A DNA stretch of 64,000 nucleotides from Candidatus Latescibacterota bacterium (GCA_965248355.1 OZ252098.1:3040001-3104000), one strand, 5' to 3'; shown: positions 9,124 through 18,667, counted from the first letter of the stretch. Numbers and translations are program-made. Notes: generated from the sequence alone by a model not told the origin.

Positions 9124-10337
9124 GGGACCGCCCCGACCGCACCCTGAGACCACAGTTCTCCAAGGCTGAAGTGCTTTCGGAACTCGTCGATGTCGGCCAC
9201 GCTCGATGCACTGCGGAGTTTCGTGAATCCGTCCTTCTTGTCACAGAGGATGACCTCTTGAGGTTCCAGGTGATCGAGCAGGGCGGGGGAGTGCGTGGTT
9301 ACGATGACCTGACTCCGCTCGGACGCGGACTTCAGAATCTCCACAAGGTATTCCGCCAGGTGAGGATGCACGCCGTTCTCCGGCTCCTCGATCGTGATGA
9401 GGGATGAGTCCTGCACGCTCCTGGTGGTGACGACGAGCAGAGCGAGCAACCGGACGGTACCGTCTGAGACGGAGGCAGGATTGATCGCGGCCTTGAGCTT
9501 GTCCTCTACGATCTGAAAGGCCAGCGTGTCTTCAATCGGCAGCTTTGTTGTCTTTATCTCCTTGAGTCCGGGTACGATCGCCCTCAATTCCCGAGATATA
9601 GAAGCGCGGTCTTCCGCACTCATTCTGTGTAGAATCGCGGCGAGCTTCTCCCCCGCTGGACCGAGGGTGGCGTCGGGTTCTTCTCGATATGGTTGTCTGG
9701 CAACACTTGGGATGAAGTTGTGAAATCTCCAGCCTCTGATCTCCTCCCTGAGGATAGTGGCCGGCAGCGAGAAGAACCCGACTCCTACGAGGGCGAGCCG
9801 AGTTGGTTCCTGCTCGGGGACGGGGATGGTCTGCTTTTTGCCATTTGGGCTCTTGGGATCGATGACGACAACCTTGTCACCAGATCTCTCTATGCCCACC
9901 GTATCCGTCGTCATGCCGTGCTGCACGAGTTTCGCCCTGAGTGTCTCTGCTTCAATGCTGGGAGTCCTGTCGTCACTTCTCAGGTCGAGAACCAGTTGGT
10001 ATTCGAAGGACCGGACGACGATCAGGTCATTCTCCTTCTCCGGTTCCTCTGCGAAGGAGATGTCGAACTTCTTTTCGAGTTTCAGCGACAACCGGACCGG
10101 TTTCAGCTCCCGCCGCTGTCGAAGGCGTTTGTTCCTTACTTCGGCATTGCCGCCCATCTCGCTCACGGCATAGGACACGTCATGGGTCACGGCGTTCTGC
10201 AGGAATCTCAGGGCGGAGAGCAGGTTGGTCTTTCCAGATGCGTTGGCTCCCACCACGAAGTTGAGTGGGCCCAACTCGACCGTTTCCTCCGGGGAGCCAA
10301 AGCTCTTGAAGCCTTCGATCTTGAGTTCAGTGATCAT
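9120..10337 (-). CDS. AAA_21/ABC-type (OLD/PARIS-like) ATPase
   Basis: GFKSF, Walker A GANASGKTN, signature VSDGT, Walker B IEEPENGVHP, H-loop TTHSP. Confidence 0.9.
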   Translation of the reverse strand: MITELKIEGFKSFGSPEETVELGPLNFVVGANASGKTNLLSALRFLQNAVTHDVSYAVSEMGGNAEVRNKRLRQRRELKPVRLSLKLEKKFDISFAEEPEKENDLIVVRSFEYQLVLDLRSDDRTPSIEAETLRAKLVQHGMTTDTVGIERSGDKVVVIDPKSPNGKKQTIPVPEQEPTRLALVGVGFFSLPATILREEIRGWRFHNFIPSVARQPYREEPDATLGPAGEKLAAILHRMSAEDRASISRELRAIVPGLKEIKTTKLPIEDTLAFQIVEDKLKAAINPASVSDGTVRLLALLVVTTRSVQDSSLITIEEPENGVHPHLAEYLVEILKSASERSQVIVTTHSPALLDHLEPQEVILCDKKDGFTKLRSASSVADIDEFRKHFSLGELWSQGAVGAVP

Positions 10338-10358
10338 TGGTCTTGTCCTTCGACGGCA

Positions 10359-11819
10359 TCACAGAAAAGGCCAGCTCTTATCCGGCTCATACCCCGGCAG
10401 CACCGTATCGTGGCGCTGCCCCTCCACCAGCCGGTCCCCCTCCACACAGCCCTCCGGCCGCCCGCGCAGCACCTCCACCAGCCGCTCCCGCCACGGGGCC
10501 AGTCTCGCCTCGGCGCCTTCGTCGAGGGCGAGGTCGTGCAGCTCCCGGGGGTCGGCGTCCAGGTCGAAGAGGTGCTCGCGCCCGGTCTGGGAATACCACA
10601 CGTACTTGTGGCGCCCGTCCACCAGGAAGTGGTGGCCCTGGTCGTAGGCGTAGCAGCCGGAGTGCTCGCCGTGGAGCACCTCCCGCACCCCGCCGCCCTC
10701 GCCGCGCAGCACGGGCAACAGGCTCCGGCCCGTGCACGAGTCCGGCACCTCCACCCCCGCGGCGTCGAGCAGGGTGGGCATGACGTCCTGCAGGCCCACC
10801 GGGGCGGTGGGCTGCAGTCCGCCCTCCAGCTTCCAGCTGGCCGGCGGCCGCACGAGGAAGGGAACGCGCGCCGAGGCCTCGTAGGGCCAGGTCTTCCGGA
10901 ACAGGTGGTGGTCGCCCAGCATCTCCCCGTGGTCGGAAGTGAACAGCACCAGGGTGTCGCGCAGCACCCCGCCGGCGTGCTGGAAGAGGCGGCCGAGCTG
11001 GTCGTCGATGAAGTTGATCATCCCGTAGTAGGCGGCCCGGGCGCAGCGCATCTGGTCCTCGTCGAGATGGATGCGCGAGGCGTCGGTGCTCAGCCCTCGC
11101 CGGGGCCCGCCCAGGTCGTCGGCCCAGTCGCCCACGTCGGGGGGCGGCAGGTCGCGGTCGATGTAGCGGTCGTAGTAGAAGCGGGGCGGCGTCAGGGGCG
11201 GGTGGGGATCGATGAAGGAGAGGTTGAGGAAGAAGGGGCCGCTCGGGTCGCGGCGCTGGAGGAACTCCATGGCCCGGTCCACGACCCAGAAGGTGTGCAT
11301 CTGCTCCTCGGGCAGGTGATGGGGGCGGCCCACCCAGCCGTTGGACGACACGCCGTGGGCCATGCCCGGGTCGACCTCGCGGCGTCCGTGGATGTCGCGC
11401 AGCCACTGCACGTACTCGTTGTCCCCGCCGCGCGTGGAGTTGGCCAGCTGCATGTGGTCGAAGCCGTAGCGCCGGCGGTCCGGGTGCAGGTGCAGCTTGC
11501 CGATCATCTCGGTCTGGTAGCCGGCCCGCGACAGCTCCCCGGCCAGGGTGGCCGGCGGGTTCCACTCGATCCCGCCGCGGAAGCCGACGGCGCCGTTGGC
11601 CGCCGGCGCCGTGCCCGACATGAGGCTGCGCCGCGCCGGGATGCAGCTCGGGCTCTCGGCGTAGGCGTGCAGGAAGTGGGCGCCGGAGCGGGCCAGGGAG
11701 TCGAGGTTCGGCGTCTGCAGCGGCGCCGGGGCGACGGGGTCGGCGGCCACGCAGTCGCCGCGCTGCTGGTCGGTCATCACGAGGAGGATGTTGGGGCGCT
11801 CGTTCACGGTTGGCGGCAT
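10359..11819 (-). CDS. Sulfatase (Cys-type, S1 family)
   Basis: PNILLVMTDQQR, CIPARRSL (CxPxR), GKLH, PHPP, FTSDHGEMLGDH. Confidence 0.95.
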   Translation of the reverse strand: MPPTVNERPNILLVMTDQQRGDCVAADPVAPAPLQTPNLDSLARSGAHFLHAYAESPSCIPARRSLMSGTAPAANGAVGFRGGIEWNPPATLAGELSRAGYQTEMIGKLHLHPDRRRYGFDHMQLANSTRGGDNEYVQWLRDIHGRREVDPGMAHGVSSNGWVGRPHHLPEEQMHTFWVVDRAMEFLQRRDPSGPFFLNLSFIDPHPPLTPPRFYYDRYIDRDLPPPDVGDWADDLGGPRRGLSTDASRIHLDEDQMRCARAAYYGMINFIDDQLGRLFQHAGGVLRDTLVLFTSDHGEMLGDHHLFRKTWPYEASARVPFLVRPPASWKLEGGLQPTAPVGLQDVMPTLLDAAGVEVPDSCTGRSLLPVLRGEGGGVREVLHGEHSGCYAYDQGHHFLVDGRHKYVWYSQTGREHLFDLDADPRELHDLALDEGAEARLAPWRERLVEVLRGRPEGCVEGDRLVEGQRHDTVLPGYEPDKSWPFL

Positions 11820-11880
11820 CCTTGCGAAGGGGGAGCGGAACGTTGCACAGGATAGGACGGCGCCAGGGCGGGCGCCAAGG

Positions 11881-12753
11881 TCAGCCGGCGGCCACCCAGT
11901 GCCGGTAGAGGGGCTTCACCGCCTCGGGCAGTGCGGCCCAGACCTCGGGCCGGATCTCGGGCGAGGCGTAGTTCTTGCCGTTCGTCTCCACCACCATGGC
12001 CGTGTGCTCCGCTGACCCTTCCCGCGCCGGCTCGAGGTTGAGCCACCACGGGCCGTAGCGCACGACCAGGGCCACGCGGTCCTCGTCGGAGCGGTTCGGC
12101 GGCACGGCGTGCCACAGTCGGCTGTCGTAAGCGAGCACGCTGCCGGCGGTCCCGACGGCGTGGGTCTCGGTGGGGTACGGGGCGTCGGGGTCGACGCCGG
12201 TCAGGGTCCCCGCCGTGGGGTTGGTTCCGAAGCGGTGGCTGCCGGGCACCAGCAGCGTGCCCCCGTTCTCCGCGGTGAAGTCGGTGAGCATCCAGATCGT
12301 CGACAGGTGCAGCAGGGCGTCGGGGTAGGGCGCCGGGATGTGGCTGGCGTTCGTCTGGTTGTAGGGCCAGTCGGCGTGCCAGTAGCCGCGGCCGCAGCCC
12401 GGGCGGTTGATGACGCAGTCGGTGGTGGTGATGCGGAAGTGGCCGCCGAAGAAGGCCCGGCAGATTTCGAAGAGCCGCTCGTCGGTCAGGTAGGGGGCGA
12501 AGAGCTGGGTCTCGTTGATGACCCCCCGCAGGCTGTCGACGCCGGTGACGCTGACGCGGTGACCCTTGGCGCGGATGGAGGCGAGCATGGCCTCCGACTC
12601 GGCGCGGCGGCGTTCCTGGGCCTCGACCACGGCGTCGCGGATGGCGGCGACCTCGCCGGCGGGGATGATGCCGGGCAGGAGGGTGAAGCCGTCGTGGCGG
12701 ACGCGGCGCTCGGCCTCGGCGGGGGAGGGGGAGTCGGGAGGCGGCCCGATCAC
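11881..12753 (-). CDS. PhyH family dioxygenase
   Basis: GTG overlapping the hemL stop; HDGF, WHADWP, MLTDFTAENGGTLLVPGSH, LWH motifs. Confidence 0.88.
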   Translation of the reverse strand: MIGPPPDSPSPAEAERRVRHDGFTLLPGIIPAGEVAAIRDAVVEAQERRRAESEAMLASIRAKGHRVSVTGVDSLRGVINETQLFAPYLTDERLFEICRAFFGGHFRITTTDCVINRPGCGRGYWHADWPYNQTNASHIPAPYPDALLHLSTIWMLTDFTAENGGTLLVPGSHRFGTNPTAGTLTGVDPDAPYPTETHAVGTAGSVLAYDSRLWHAVPPNRSDEDRVALVVRYGPWWLNLEPAREGSAEHTAMVVETNGKNYASPEIRPEVWAALPEAVKPLYRHWVAAG

Positions 12754-14057
12754 GGCGAGTCTTTCGCGATGCGGCCGAGGACCCGGGCCGCGGCCTCGAC
12801 GGTGCGGTCCACCATCTCCTCGGTGTGCCGCGTCGACAGGAAGCCGGCCTCGAAGGCGGAGGGGGCCAGGTAGATGCCCTCCTCGAGCATGCCCCGGAAG
12901 TAGCGCTGGAAGAGGCCGGTGTCGGTCTGGCGCGCGTCGGCGTAGTTGCGCACCGGCCCGGGGTGGAAGAACAGGCCCACCATGGAGCCGCAGTGGGCGA
13001 CGGTGGCCGGCACGCCGGCATCGGCCGTAGCCTCGCGCATGCCTTCGACCCAGCGCCGGCCGAGGGCCTCGAGGCGGTCGTAGGGGTCGGTGTCGCGCAG
13101 GTGGCGCAGGGTGGCCAGTCCCGCGGTCATGGCCAGGGGGTTGCCCGACAGGGTGCCGGCCTGGTACACGGGACCGGCCGGGGCCAGTTGCGACATCAGC
13201 TCCGCGCGGCCGCCGAAGGCGCCCACGGGCAGGCCGCCGCCGATGACCTTCGAGTACGTGCTCAGGTCGGGGGTGATGCCGAAGCGCGCCTGGGCGCCGC
13301 CGAGGGCGACGCGGAAGCCGGTCATGACCTCGTCGAAGATCAGCAGGATGCCGTGCTCCGTGCACAGGTCGCGCACGCCCTGGAGAAAGCCCTCCTCCGG
13401 CGGCACGAGGCCCATGTTGCCGGGCACCGGCTCGAGGATGACGGCCGCCACCCGGCCGGGGCCGATGCCGTCGACGGTGCGGCGCAGCAGGTCGAGGTCG
13501 TTGAACTCGATGCTCGCCGTGCAGCGGGCCACGTCGCCGGGCACGCCGGGGGAGCCGGAGATGCCGAAGGTGGCCACGCCGGAGCCGGCCTCCACCAGCA
13601 GGCCGTCGGAGTGGCCGTGGTAGCAGCCGTTGAACTTGATCGCGTGGTCGCGGCCGGTGACGCCCCGGGCCAGGCGCAGGGCCGTCATGCAGGCCTCGGT
13701 GCCGGAGTTCACCATGCGCACCATCTCCACCGAGGGCACGATCCCGCAGATCAGCTCGGCCATCTCCACCTCGATGTCGGTGGGCGCGCCGAAGCTGGTG
13801 CCGCGCTCGAGGACCTCGGCCAGGGCCTCGATCACCACGGGCGGCCGGTGGCCGAGGATCAGGGGCCCCCAGGAGCCGACGTAGTCGATGTAGATGTTGC
13901 CGTCGGCGTCGACGATTTCGGCGCCGTCGGCGTCGCGGATGAAGAGGGGCTCGCCGCCCACGGCCTGGAAGGCGCGCACGGGGCTGTTGACGCCGCCGGG
14001 AATCACCCGGGCGGCGCGGTCGTAGAGGGCGGCGGAATGGGTCCGGGAACGGGGCAT
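12750..14057 (-). CDS. hemL: Glutamate-1-semialdehyde 2,1-aminomutase
   Basis: IPGGVNSPVRAF, RMVNSGTEA, CYHGHSD, LIFDEVMTGFR, SKVIGGGLPVGA, YQAGTLSGNPLA, PSAFEAGF. Confidence 0.97.
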   Translation of the reverse strand: MPRSRTHSAALYDRAARVIPGGVNSPVRAFQAVGGEPLFIRDADGAEIVDADGNIYIDYVGSWGPLILGHRPPVVIEALAEVLERGTSFGAPTDIEVEMAELICGIVPSVEMVRMVNSGTEACMTALRLARGVTGRDHAIKFNGCYHGHSDGLLVEAGSGVATFGISGSPGVPGDVARCTASIEFNDLDLLRRTVDGIGPGRVAAVILEPVPGNMGLVPPEEGFLQGVRDLCTEHGILLIFDEVMTGFRVALGGAQARFGITPDLSTYSKVIGGGLPVGAFGGRAELMSQLAPAGPVYQAGTLSGNPLAMTAGLATLRHLRDTDPYDRLEALGRRWVEGMREATADAGVPATVAHCGSMVGLFFHPGPVRNYADARQTDTGLFQRYFRGMLEEGIYLAPSAFEAGFLSTRHTEEMVDRTVEAAARVLGRIAKDSP

Positions 14058-14061
14058 GAAA

Positions 14062-14265
14062 GGAGGTCCTTCGGTTGGCCGGATCGGCGTGGAAACCTTG
14101 AAGCTACGGAGCGCCGCGGCCCCCGGACAGAGGCGCACGCGGCTCCGTGACAGCAGGCCGGACCATCGTTACATTCCGGCGGCGATCTTGCAGCAGCCGG
14201 CGTCTCCGAGCCAACCCGGAGGGTCTCCGCCGGCCGCGCCCGGGCTCTCCCGGGGCTTTCCTTCT
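14062..14265 (+). ncRNA. Candidate structured RNA / leader in the hemL-larA divergent intergenic region
   Basis: 14062-14083 pairs with 14205-14228 (G-U wobbles on the + strand); internal hairpins ACGGAGC/GCTCCGT and GCCGGA/TCCGGC; downstream CCCGGG-CTCT-CCCGGG hairpin followed by a pyrimidine tract. Confidence 0.3.
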
Positions 14266-14294
14266 CAGGCGCTCTCGACCACACCCATTCGCCG

Positions 14295-15686
14295 ATGGCA
14301 CGGATCTCCCTGCGCTCCCGCGCCTGGCACGGCGACGACGCCATCGAGCTGGCCGTGCCGGACCGCTGGACCGTCGATGTCCTGCCGCCGGCGGACGCCC
14401 CCGAGCTCGGCGAGCAGGAGCTCGCCCGGGCCCTGCGCGACCCCATCGGCGGCCCGCCGCTGGAAGAGGCCGCCCGCGGCAGGGGGACGGCCCTCATCGT
14501 CGTCGACGATCTCGGCCGGCCGACGCCGGCGCACCGCATCGTGCCGCACCTGCTGCGCATGCTCGCCGAGGCGGGGGTGCCCGACGGCGGCATCTCCTTC
14601 CTCGTGGCCACCGGCTCCCACCGGCCGCTCTCGGCCGAAGAGATGGAGCGCAAGCTGGGGGCCGAGGTCTGCCGCCGCTACCCCGTGCACTGCCACGACG
14701 CCTTCGGCCCGGACCTGCGCGACCTCGGGCGGCTGAGCACCGGCATGCCCGTGATCGTCAACGGCCGGGTGGTGGACGCCGGGATCGTCATCGGCGTCAG
14801 CTGCGTCCTGCCCCACACCCTGACCGGCTTCAGCGGCGGCGCCAAGATCCTGCTGCCCGGCTGCGCCGGGATCCTCAGCATCGCCGAGCTGCACAGCTTC
14901 GAGGCCAGGCGCCCCCGCGGCGGCGCCGAGCCGGCCTCCCGCCGTCCGGACGCCCGCGAGGTGATCGACGCCTTCGCCGAGCGCGCCGGCCTCGACTTCT
15001 CCGTCAACGTGGTGGTCAACTCCCGGCGCGGGATCGCCGCCGTCGCCGCCGGAGAGGCGCGGGCGGCCCACGCCGCGGCGGTGGAGCAGGCGAGGCGCAT
15101 CTACCGCACCGAGATCCCGGAGGAGCTGCGCCGCGAGGCCGGCCTGGTGATCGCCAACAGCTACCCCCTCGACGCCGATCCCGTGCAGGTCTCCAAGTCC
15201 CAGTGGCCGGGCCGGGTCTTCCCGAACGCGCGGCTGGTCCTCCACGACCCCGCCTGCGACGGCATCGCCTACCACGGCTGGAGCGAGTTCCAGAAGGCCT
15301 CGGTGGCCAACATGCTGTGCGGCGCCGTCGGCCAGGCCCGCACCGACGGCTGCTGTCCCGGCCTGCTGGGAGCCCTCTTCGGGTCCGCCCCCCTGCGCGA
15401 GCTGGGCCACCTGCGCCTGCGGCGGGAGGCGGAACGGACCGACGTCAGCTACCGCGCCTACCAGGAGGGGCGGGGGACCATCCACCGCAACACGGCGGCC
15501 AAGCGGGTCATGGCCCGGCGGGCGCCCCTGGTCCTCTGCTCGGAGGGCTTCCCGGAGTGGAAGCAGCGGATCCAGTTCCCCAAGGCGGATCTCTATCGCT
15601 CGTGGGAGGAGCTGGCCGCGGAGTTGCCCGCGGGGCCGCTGCGGGTGGCCGTGCTGCCCTGCGCGCCGCTGCAGATCCCGGGGTAG
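14295..15686 (+). CDS. Lactate racemase (LarA/DUF2088) superfamily protein
   Basis: DPIGGPPL, VDDLGRPTP, ATGSHR, LPH...GFSGGAKILLPG and a downstream His match LarA nickel-pincer-binding positions. Confidence 0.85.
   Translation: MARISLRSRAWHGDDAIELAVPDRWTVDVLPPADAPELGEQELARALRDPIGGPPLEEAARGRGTALIVVDDLGRPTPAHRIVPHLLRMLAEAGVPDGGISFLVATGSHRPLSAEEMERKLGAEVCRRYPVHCHDAFGPDLRDLGRLSTGMPVIVNGRVVDAGIVIGVSCVLPHTLTGFSGGAKILLPGCAGILSIAELHSFEARRPRGGAEPASRRPDAREVIDAFAERAGLDFSVNVVVNSRRGIAAVAAGEARAAHAAAVEQARRIYRTEIPEELRREAGLVIANSYPLDADPVQVSKSQWPGRVFPNARLVLHDPACDGIAYHGWSEFQKASVANMLCGAVGQARTDGCCPGLLGALFGSAPLRELGHLRLRREAERTDVSYRAYQEGRGTIHRNTAAKRVMARRAPLVLCSEGFPEWKQRIQFPKADLYRSWEELAAELPAGPLRVAVLPCAPLQIPG
15653..15681 (+). 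repeat. Direct repeat copy 1 (3' end of larA-like gene)
   Basis: GCTGCCCTGCGCGCCGCTGCAGATCCCGG is identical to 16929-16957; both copies continue NNTAGAA. Confidence 0.9.
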
Positions 15687-15689
15687 AAG

Positions 15690-16863
15690 CCCAGATTGAT
15701 CAGCGCCCCGATATCCCGCCATCCCAGGACGGTGCCGTGGGCGCGGTCCTGGCGCTCCTCGCCTCCGTAGACCAGGTAGTAGTCCTGCTCCACAGGCACG
15801 GCCGTGGCCAACTTCCGATAGTAGCGCAAGCCCTTGAACTGGTCCGTGCCCAGCGTCGCTCCCGCCTTGATCTCGACCACCTGCCGCCGGCCGCCCCGTT
15901 CGTAGAGCAGGTCCAGCTCGTTGCCGGTGTTGTCGCGCCAGAAGTAGAGGTCGGGACGGCGGCCCGCGTTGACGTGCTCCTTGACGATCTCCGAGATGAC
16001 CCAGTTCTCGAAAATCGCCCCTCGCAGGTAATGTGTGGCGAGTTGTGCGGCGAACTCCAGACCCAGGAGCGAGCAGAGCAGGCCCGTGTCGTGAAAGTAG
16101 AGCTTGGGCGACTTGATGAGCCGCTTGGAGAAATTCTCGTGATGCGGAGGGAGCAGGAAGGCGACATAGCTGGCTTCGAGTACCGAAATCCAGGCGCGCA
16201 CCGTCCTCTAGTTGATCCCCAGGTCGTTGCCGAGGCCGCTCAAGTCGAGCAACTGTCCAACCCGTCCGGCGCAGGCCATGAGGAAGCGCTGGAAGGCGCT
16301 CAGGTCGCCGATGTTGCGCAGGCTCCTCACGTCGCGCTCGACGTAGGTCTGGATGTAGGCCGGGTAGTAATCCGGGGGGGCGATGCCGCGGTCGTAGAGG
16401 ACCGGGTAGCCCCCCTTGAAGAGGCTTTCGTCCAGGCTGGCGGGGGCGCCGGCTGCAAGCTCCTGCCGGGAAAAGGGCAGCAGCGTTTGCGGCGCGACCC
16501 GGCCGGCCAGGGATTGGCCGACCTGCTCCATGAGCAGGAAGTTCTGCGAGCCCGTGAGGACGAACTGCCCCATGGTGCCGCGCTCGTCCACCAGCACCTG
16601 CAGGTAGGAGAACAGGGCCGGCACCTTCTGCGCCTCGTCGATGATCAGCCCCTGGTCCCCATACCGCTCCAGGAAGCGCCGCGGATCCTCTTCCGCGGCT
16701 GAAACGATCGTCGATCCGCTCGAGATCGACGCAGGCGTAGTCCGGGAAGACGCCGCGCACAAGCGTAGTCTTGCCCGACTGGCGAGGTCCGGACCGAGAG
16801 GATTGGATAGAGCCGGGCCAGCTTCTGGAGGTGGGTGCCGAGATGACGTCGGACGCGCCGCAT
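15690..16863 (-). pseudogene. AAA_14 + DUF4143 ATP-binding protein, disrupted
   Basis: GPRQSGKTTL and IIDEAQK, LTGSQ, GGYP, TYVERDVR, KSPKLYFHDTGL, FENWV, ELD...EIK lie across three frames: shifts near 16790 and 16705, in-frame TAG at 16208-16210. Confidence 0.88.
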
Positions 16864-16928
16864 TCTTTACGGAATAGGAATTGAGATCCTGTTTTGCAAA
16901 GAAAAACGACCGTCGGGTGGGGCGTACC

Positions 16929-16957
16929 GCTGCCCTGCGCGCCGCTGCAGATCCCGG
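16929..16957 (+). repeat. Direct repeat copy 2 (orphan larA 3' end, LPCAPLQIPA*)
   Basis: Exact 29-bp match to 15653-15681; its TAG overlaps the stop of the convergent ABC permease. Confidence 0.9.
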
Positions 16958-16958
16958 C

Positions 16959-17822
16959 CTAGAACAAGGCCAGGGCCCCGGTCCGCTCCAACCGCACCAT
17001 CATCCTGCGGAACAGGATCAACGAGGCTGCTCCGCAGACCGCCACCAGGCCGGCAACGATGATCATCTCCAGGGCCAGCGAAGAGACGAGAAGGGGCGAT
17101 CCCGTGAGCGCTCCACGAAAGGCGTCGATGGCGTAGGCCAGGGGATTGACGTAGGCCAGCAGCTTGAATGGATGGGGGATGAGATCAACCAGGAAGTAGG
17201 CGCCGCTGATCATGGCCATGGGCCGCTGGATGATCAGTGTGAACACGGTGCGGTCCTTGAAAGCCATGATCAGACCCGCCCCGACGATCCCCAGGAACAG
17301 GTTGAGAAGCAGCAACAGCAGCAGGCTCAAGGCACCCCACATCAGGCCCTCCGCGGTGAGGGCGGGCTCAAAGCCGAAGATCAACGCCGCCCCCGCAAAG
17401 AGCGTGATCGAATGGTAGGTGAACAGGAGGAGATAGTAGAGGGAGATCCCCAGCACGAGGGTCAGCCGTCGGACAGGGGTCGTAAAGAGCCGTTCCAGTG
17501 TGCCCGTCTGCATCTCGGATGCAACCCCGCCGGCCACGTGGGTATCGAGCATCACCATGTTGCCCACGCCCAGGGCGGTGAAGGCGATGAGGCCGAGCAG
17601 AATGAACGTGAACTGGTCCGGCAGGCCGCTCAGCTCCGCCAGCCGTGCGGAGGCGCGCCCATCGCTGAAGGCCCACGCCGTCAGAATGATCGGCAAGGTG
17701 GCCATCAGGTGTCCCACGAGATCGATGATGAATTTGTTCCGGTAGCGGGTCTGCACGTTCAGCTGATGCCGGGCCACCCGCAACAGGATACGCACCTCGT
17801 CCCGCAGGCCGCCGCCTGACAT
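16959..17822 (-). CDS. ABC-2 type transporter permease
   Basis: Start MSGGGLRDEV; multiple TM segments, EMQTGTLERLFTTP, SGAYF, NPLAYAIDAFR. Confidence 0.88.
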   Translation of the reverse strand: MSGGGLRDEVRILLRVARHQLNVQTRYRNKFIIDLVGHLMATLPIILTAWAFSDGRASARLAELSGLPDQFTFILLGLIAFTALGVGNMVMLDTHVAGGVASEMQTGTLERLFTTPVRRLTLVLGISLYYLLLFTYHSITLFAGAALIFGFEPALTAEGLMWGALSLLLLLLLNLFLGIVGAGLIMAFKDRTVFTLIIQRPMAMISGAYFLVDLIPHPFKLLAYVNPLAYAIDAFRGALTGSPLLVSSLALEMIIVAGLVAVCGAASLILFRRMMVRLERTGALALF

Positions 17823-18667
17823 CAGAACCCCCCCAGCACGCCGCTGCGCCGCGCCGCGTTCAGCTCGCGGCCGAGGAAGAAGAACCCCACCAGCCAGCAG
17901 GCCAGCGCCATGGCCGCCAGCACCGCCAGGTCGGGGGCCATCTGGAGGAACGGCTCGGCGCGCAACAGCGAGCGTCTCTCCAGATCGAAGGCCCAGGTGA
18001 AGGGCACGCAGCGGGCCACGGTCTGCAGCCACTCCGGGTAGATAGTGATCGGGAAGGTGGCACCCGAGAGCAGAGCCAGTACCGCACGGGAGAGCACGGT
18101 CTGGATCGCCCAACTGTCGGCTACCCTTACGAGCAGGCTGGAAAGTGCGAAGGCCATGCCATACGTCGATGCAAGGTGCAGGCCGACCGCGGCGACGCCC
18201 GACAGGAGATCGATGTGGAAATCGAGCTGAACCCAGACCCGCAACAGCGTGATGGTGGTGGCGACGAACAGGGTCATGTAGCAGAGATGGGCCAGCGCGG
18301 TACCCACGAAGAGGGTCGAGGGAAACTGGGCCGATACCAGGACTCGCTCCAAGGTGCCCGTGTAGCGCTCCATGCGCAGAAGGTTGCCGATCCAGGAGAA
18401 GACCGTGTTGGACAGGGCGACGGCGACAAGAGGCACGGCCATGTAGCCCACGTAGCCCCCGTACCCGGCCGAGTCGAAGTACGACCCCGTCAACCGGTTC
18501 TCGCGGCCGACCAGGGTGTCTCCGAGGAAGACGAAAGGAAGGATGGCCAGGAAGGGACCCAGGCTCAGGTTCAGCAGCCAGCTCGGATAGCGGCGCATTC
18601 CGAGGGCGATCCTCCGGGCCGTGAACAACGAGTCGAGCAGGTACGCCCGGGCCGCCACACTAACCAC
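17822..18667 (-). CDS. ABC-2 type transporter permease
   Basis: ERYTGTLERVLVS, LSGATFPI..YPEWLQ, PFTW; hydrophobic; coupled to its neighbours. Confidence 0.88.
   Translation of the reverse strand: MVSVAARAYLLDSLFTARRIALGMRRYPSWLLNLSLGPFLAILPFVFLGDTLVGRENRLTGSYFDSAGYGGYVGYMAVPLVAVALSNTVFSWIGNLLRMERYTGTLERVLVSAQFPSTLFVGTALAHLCYMTLFVATTITLLRVWVQLDFHIDLLSGVAAVGLHLASTYGMAFALSSLLVRVADSWAIQTVLSRAVLALLSGATFPITIYPEWLQTVARCVPFTWAFDLERRSLLRAEPFLQMAPDLAVLAAMALACWLVGFFFLGRELNAARRSGVLGGF

Noticed and set aside
12750..14057. hemL as evidence for de novo cobalamin synthesis linked to the B12 operon
   Set aside because: HemL serves all tetrapyrroles, lies about 36 kb away, and no cob/cbi ring-synthesis genes are in the window.
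14150..14235. Firm call as a NiCo riboswitch or 6S RNA
   Set aside because: Only partial motif resemblance; closing elements not found. Kept only as an unclassified structured candidate.
16208..16210. In-frame TAG as possible pyrrolysine or readthrough
   Set aside because: The same gene has two frameshifts, so simple pseudogenisation explains it.
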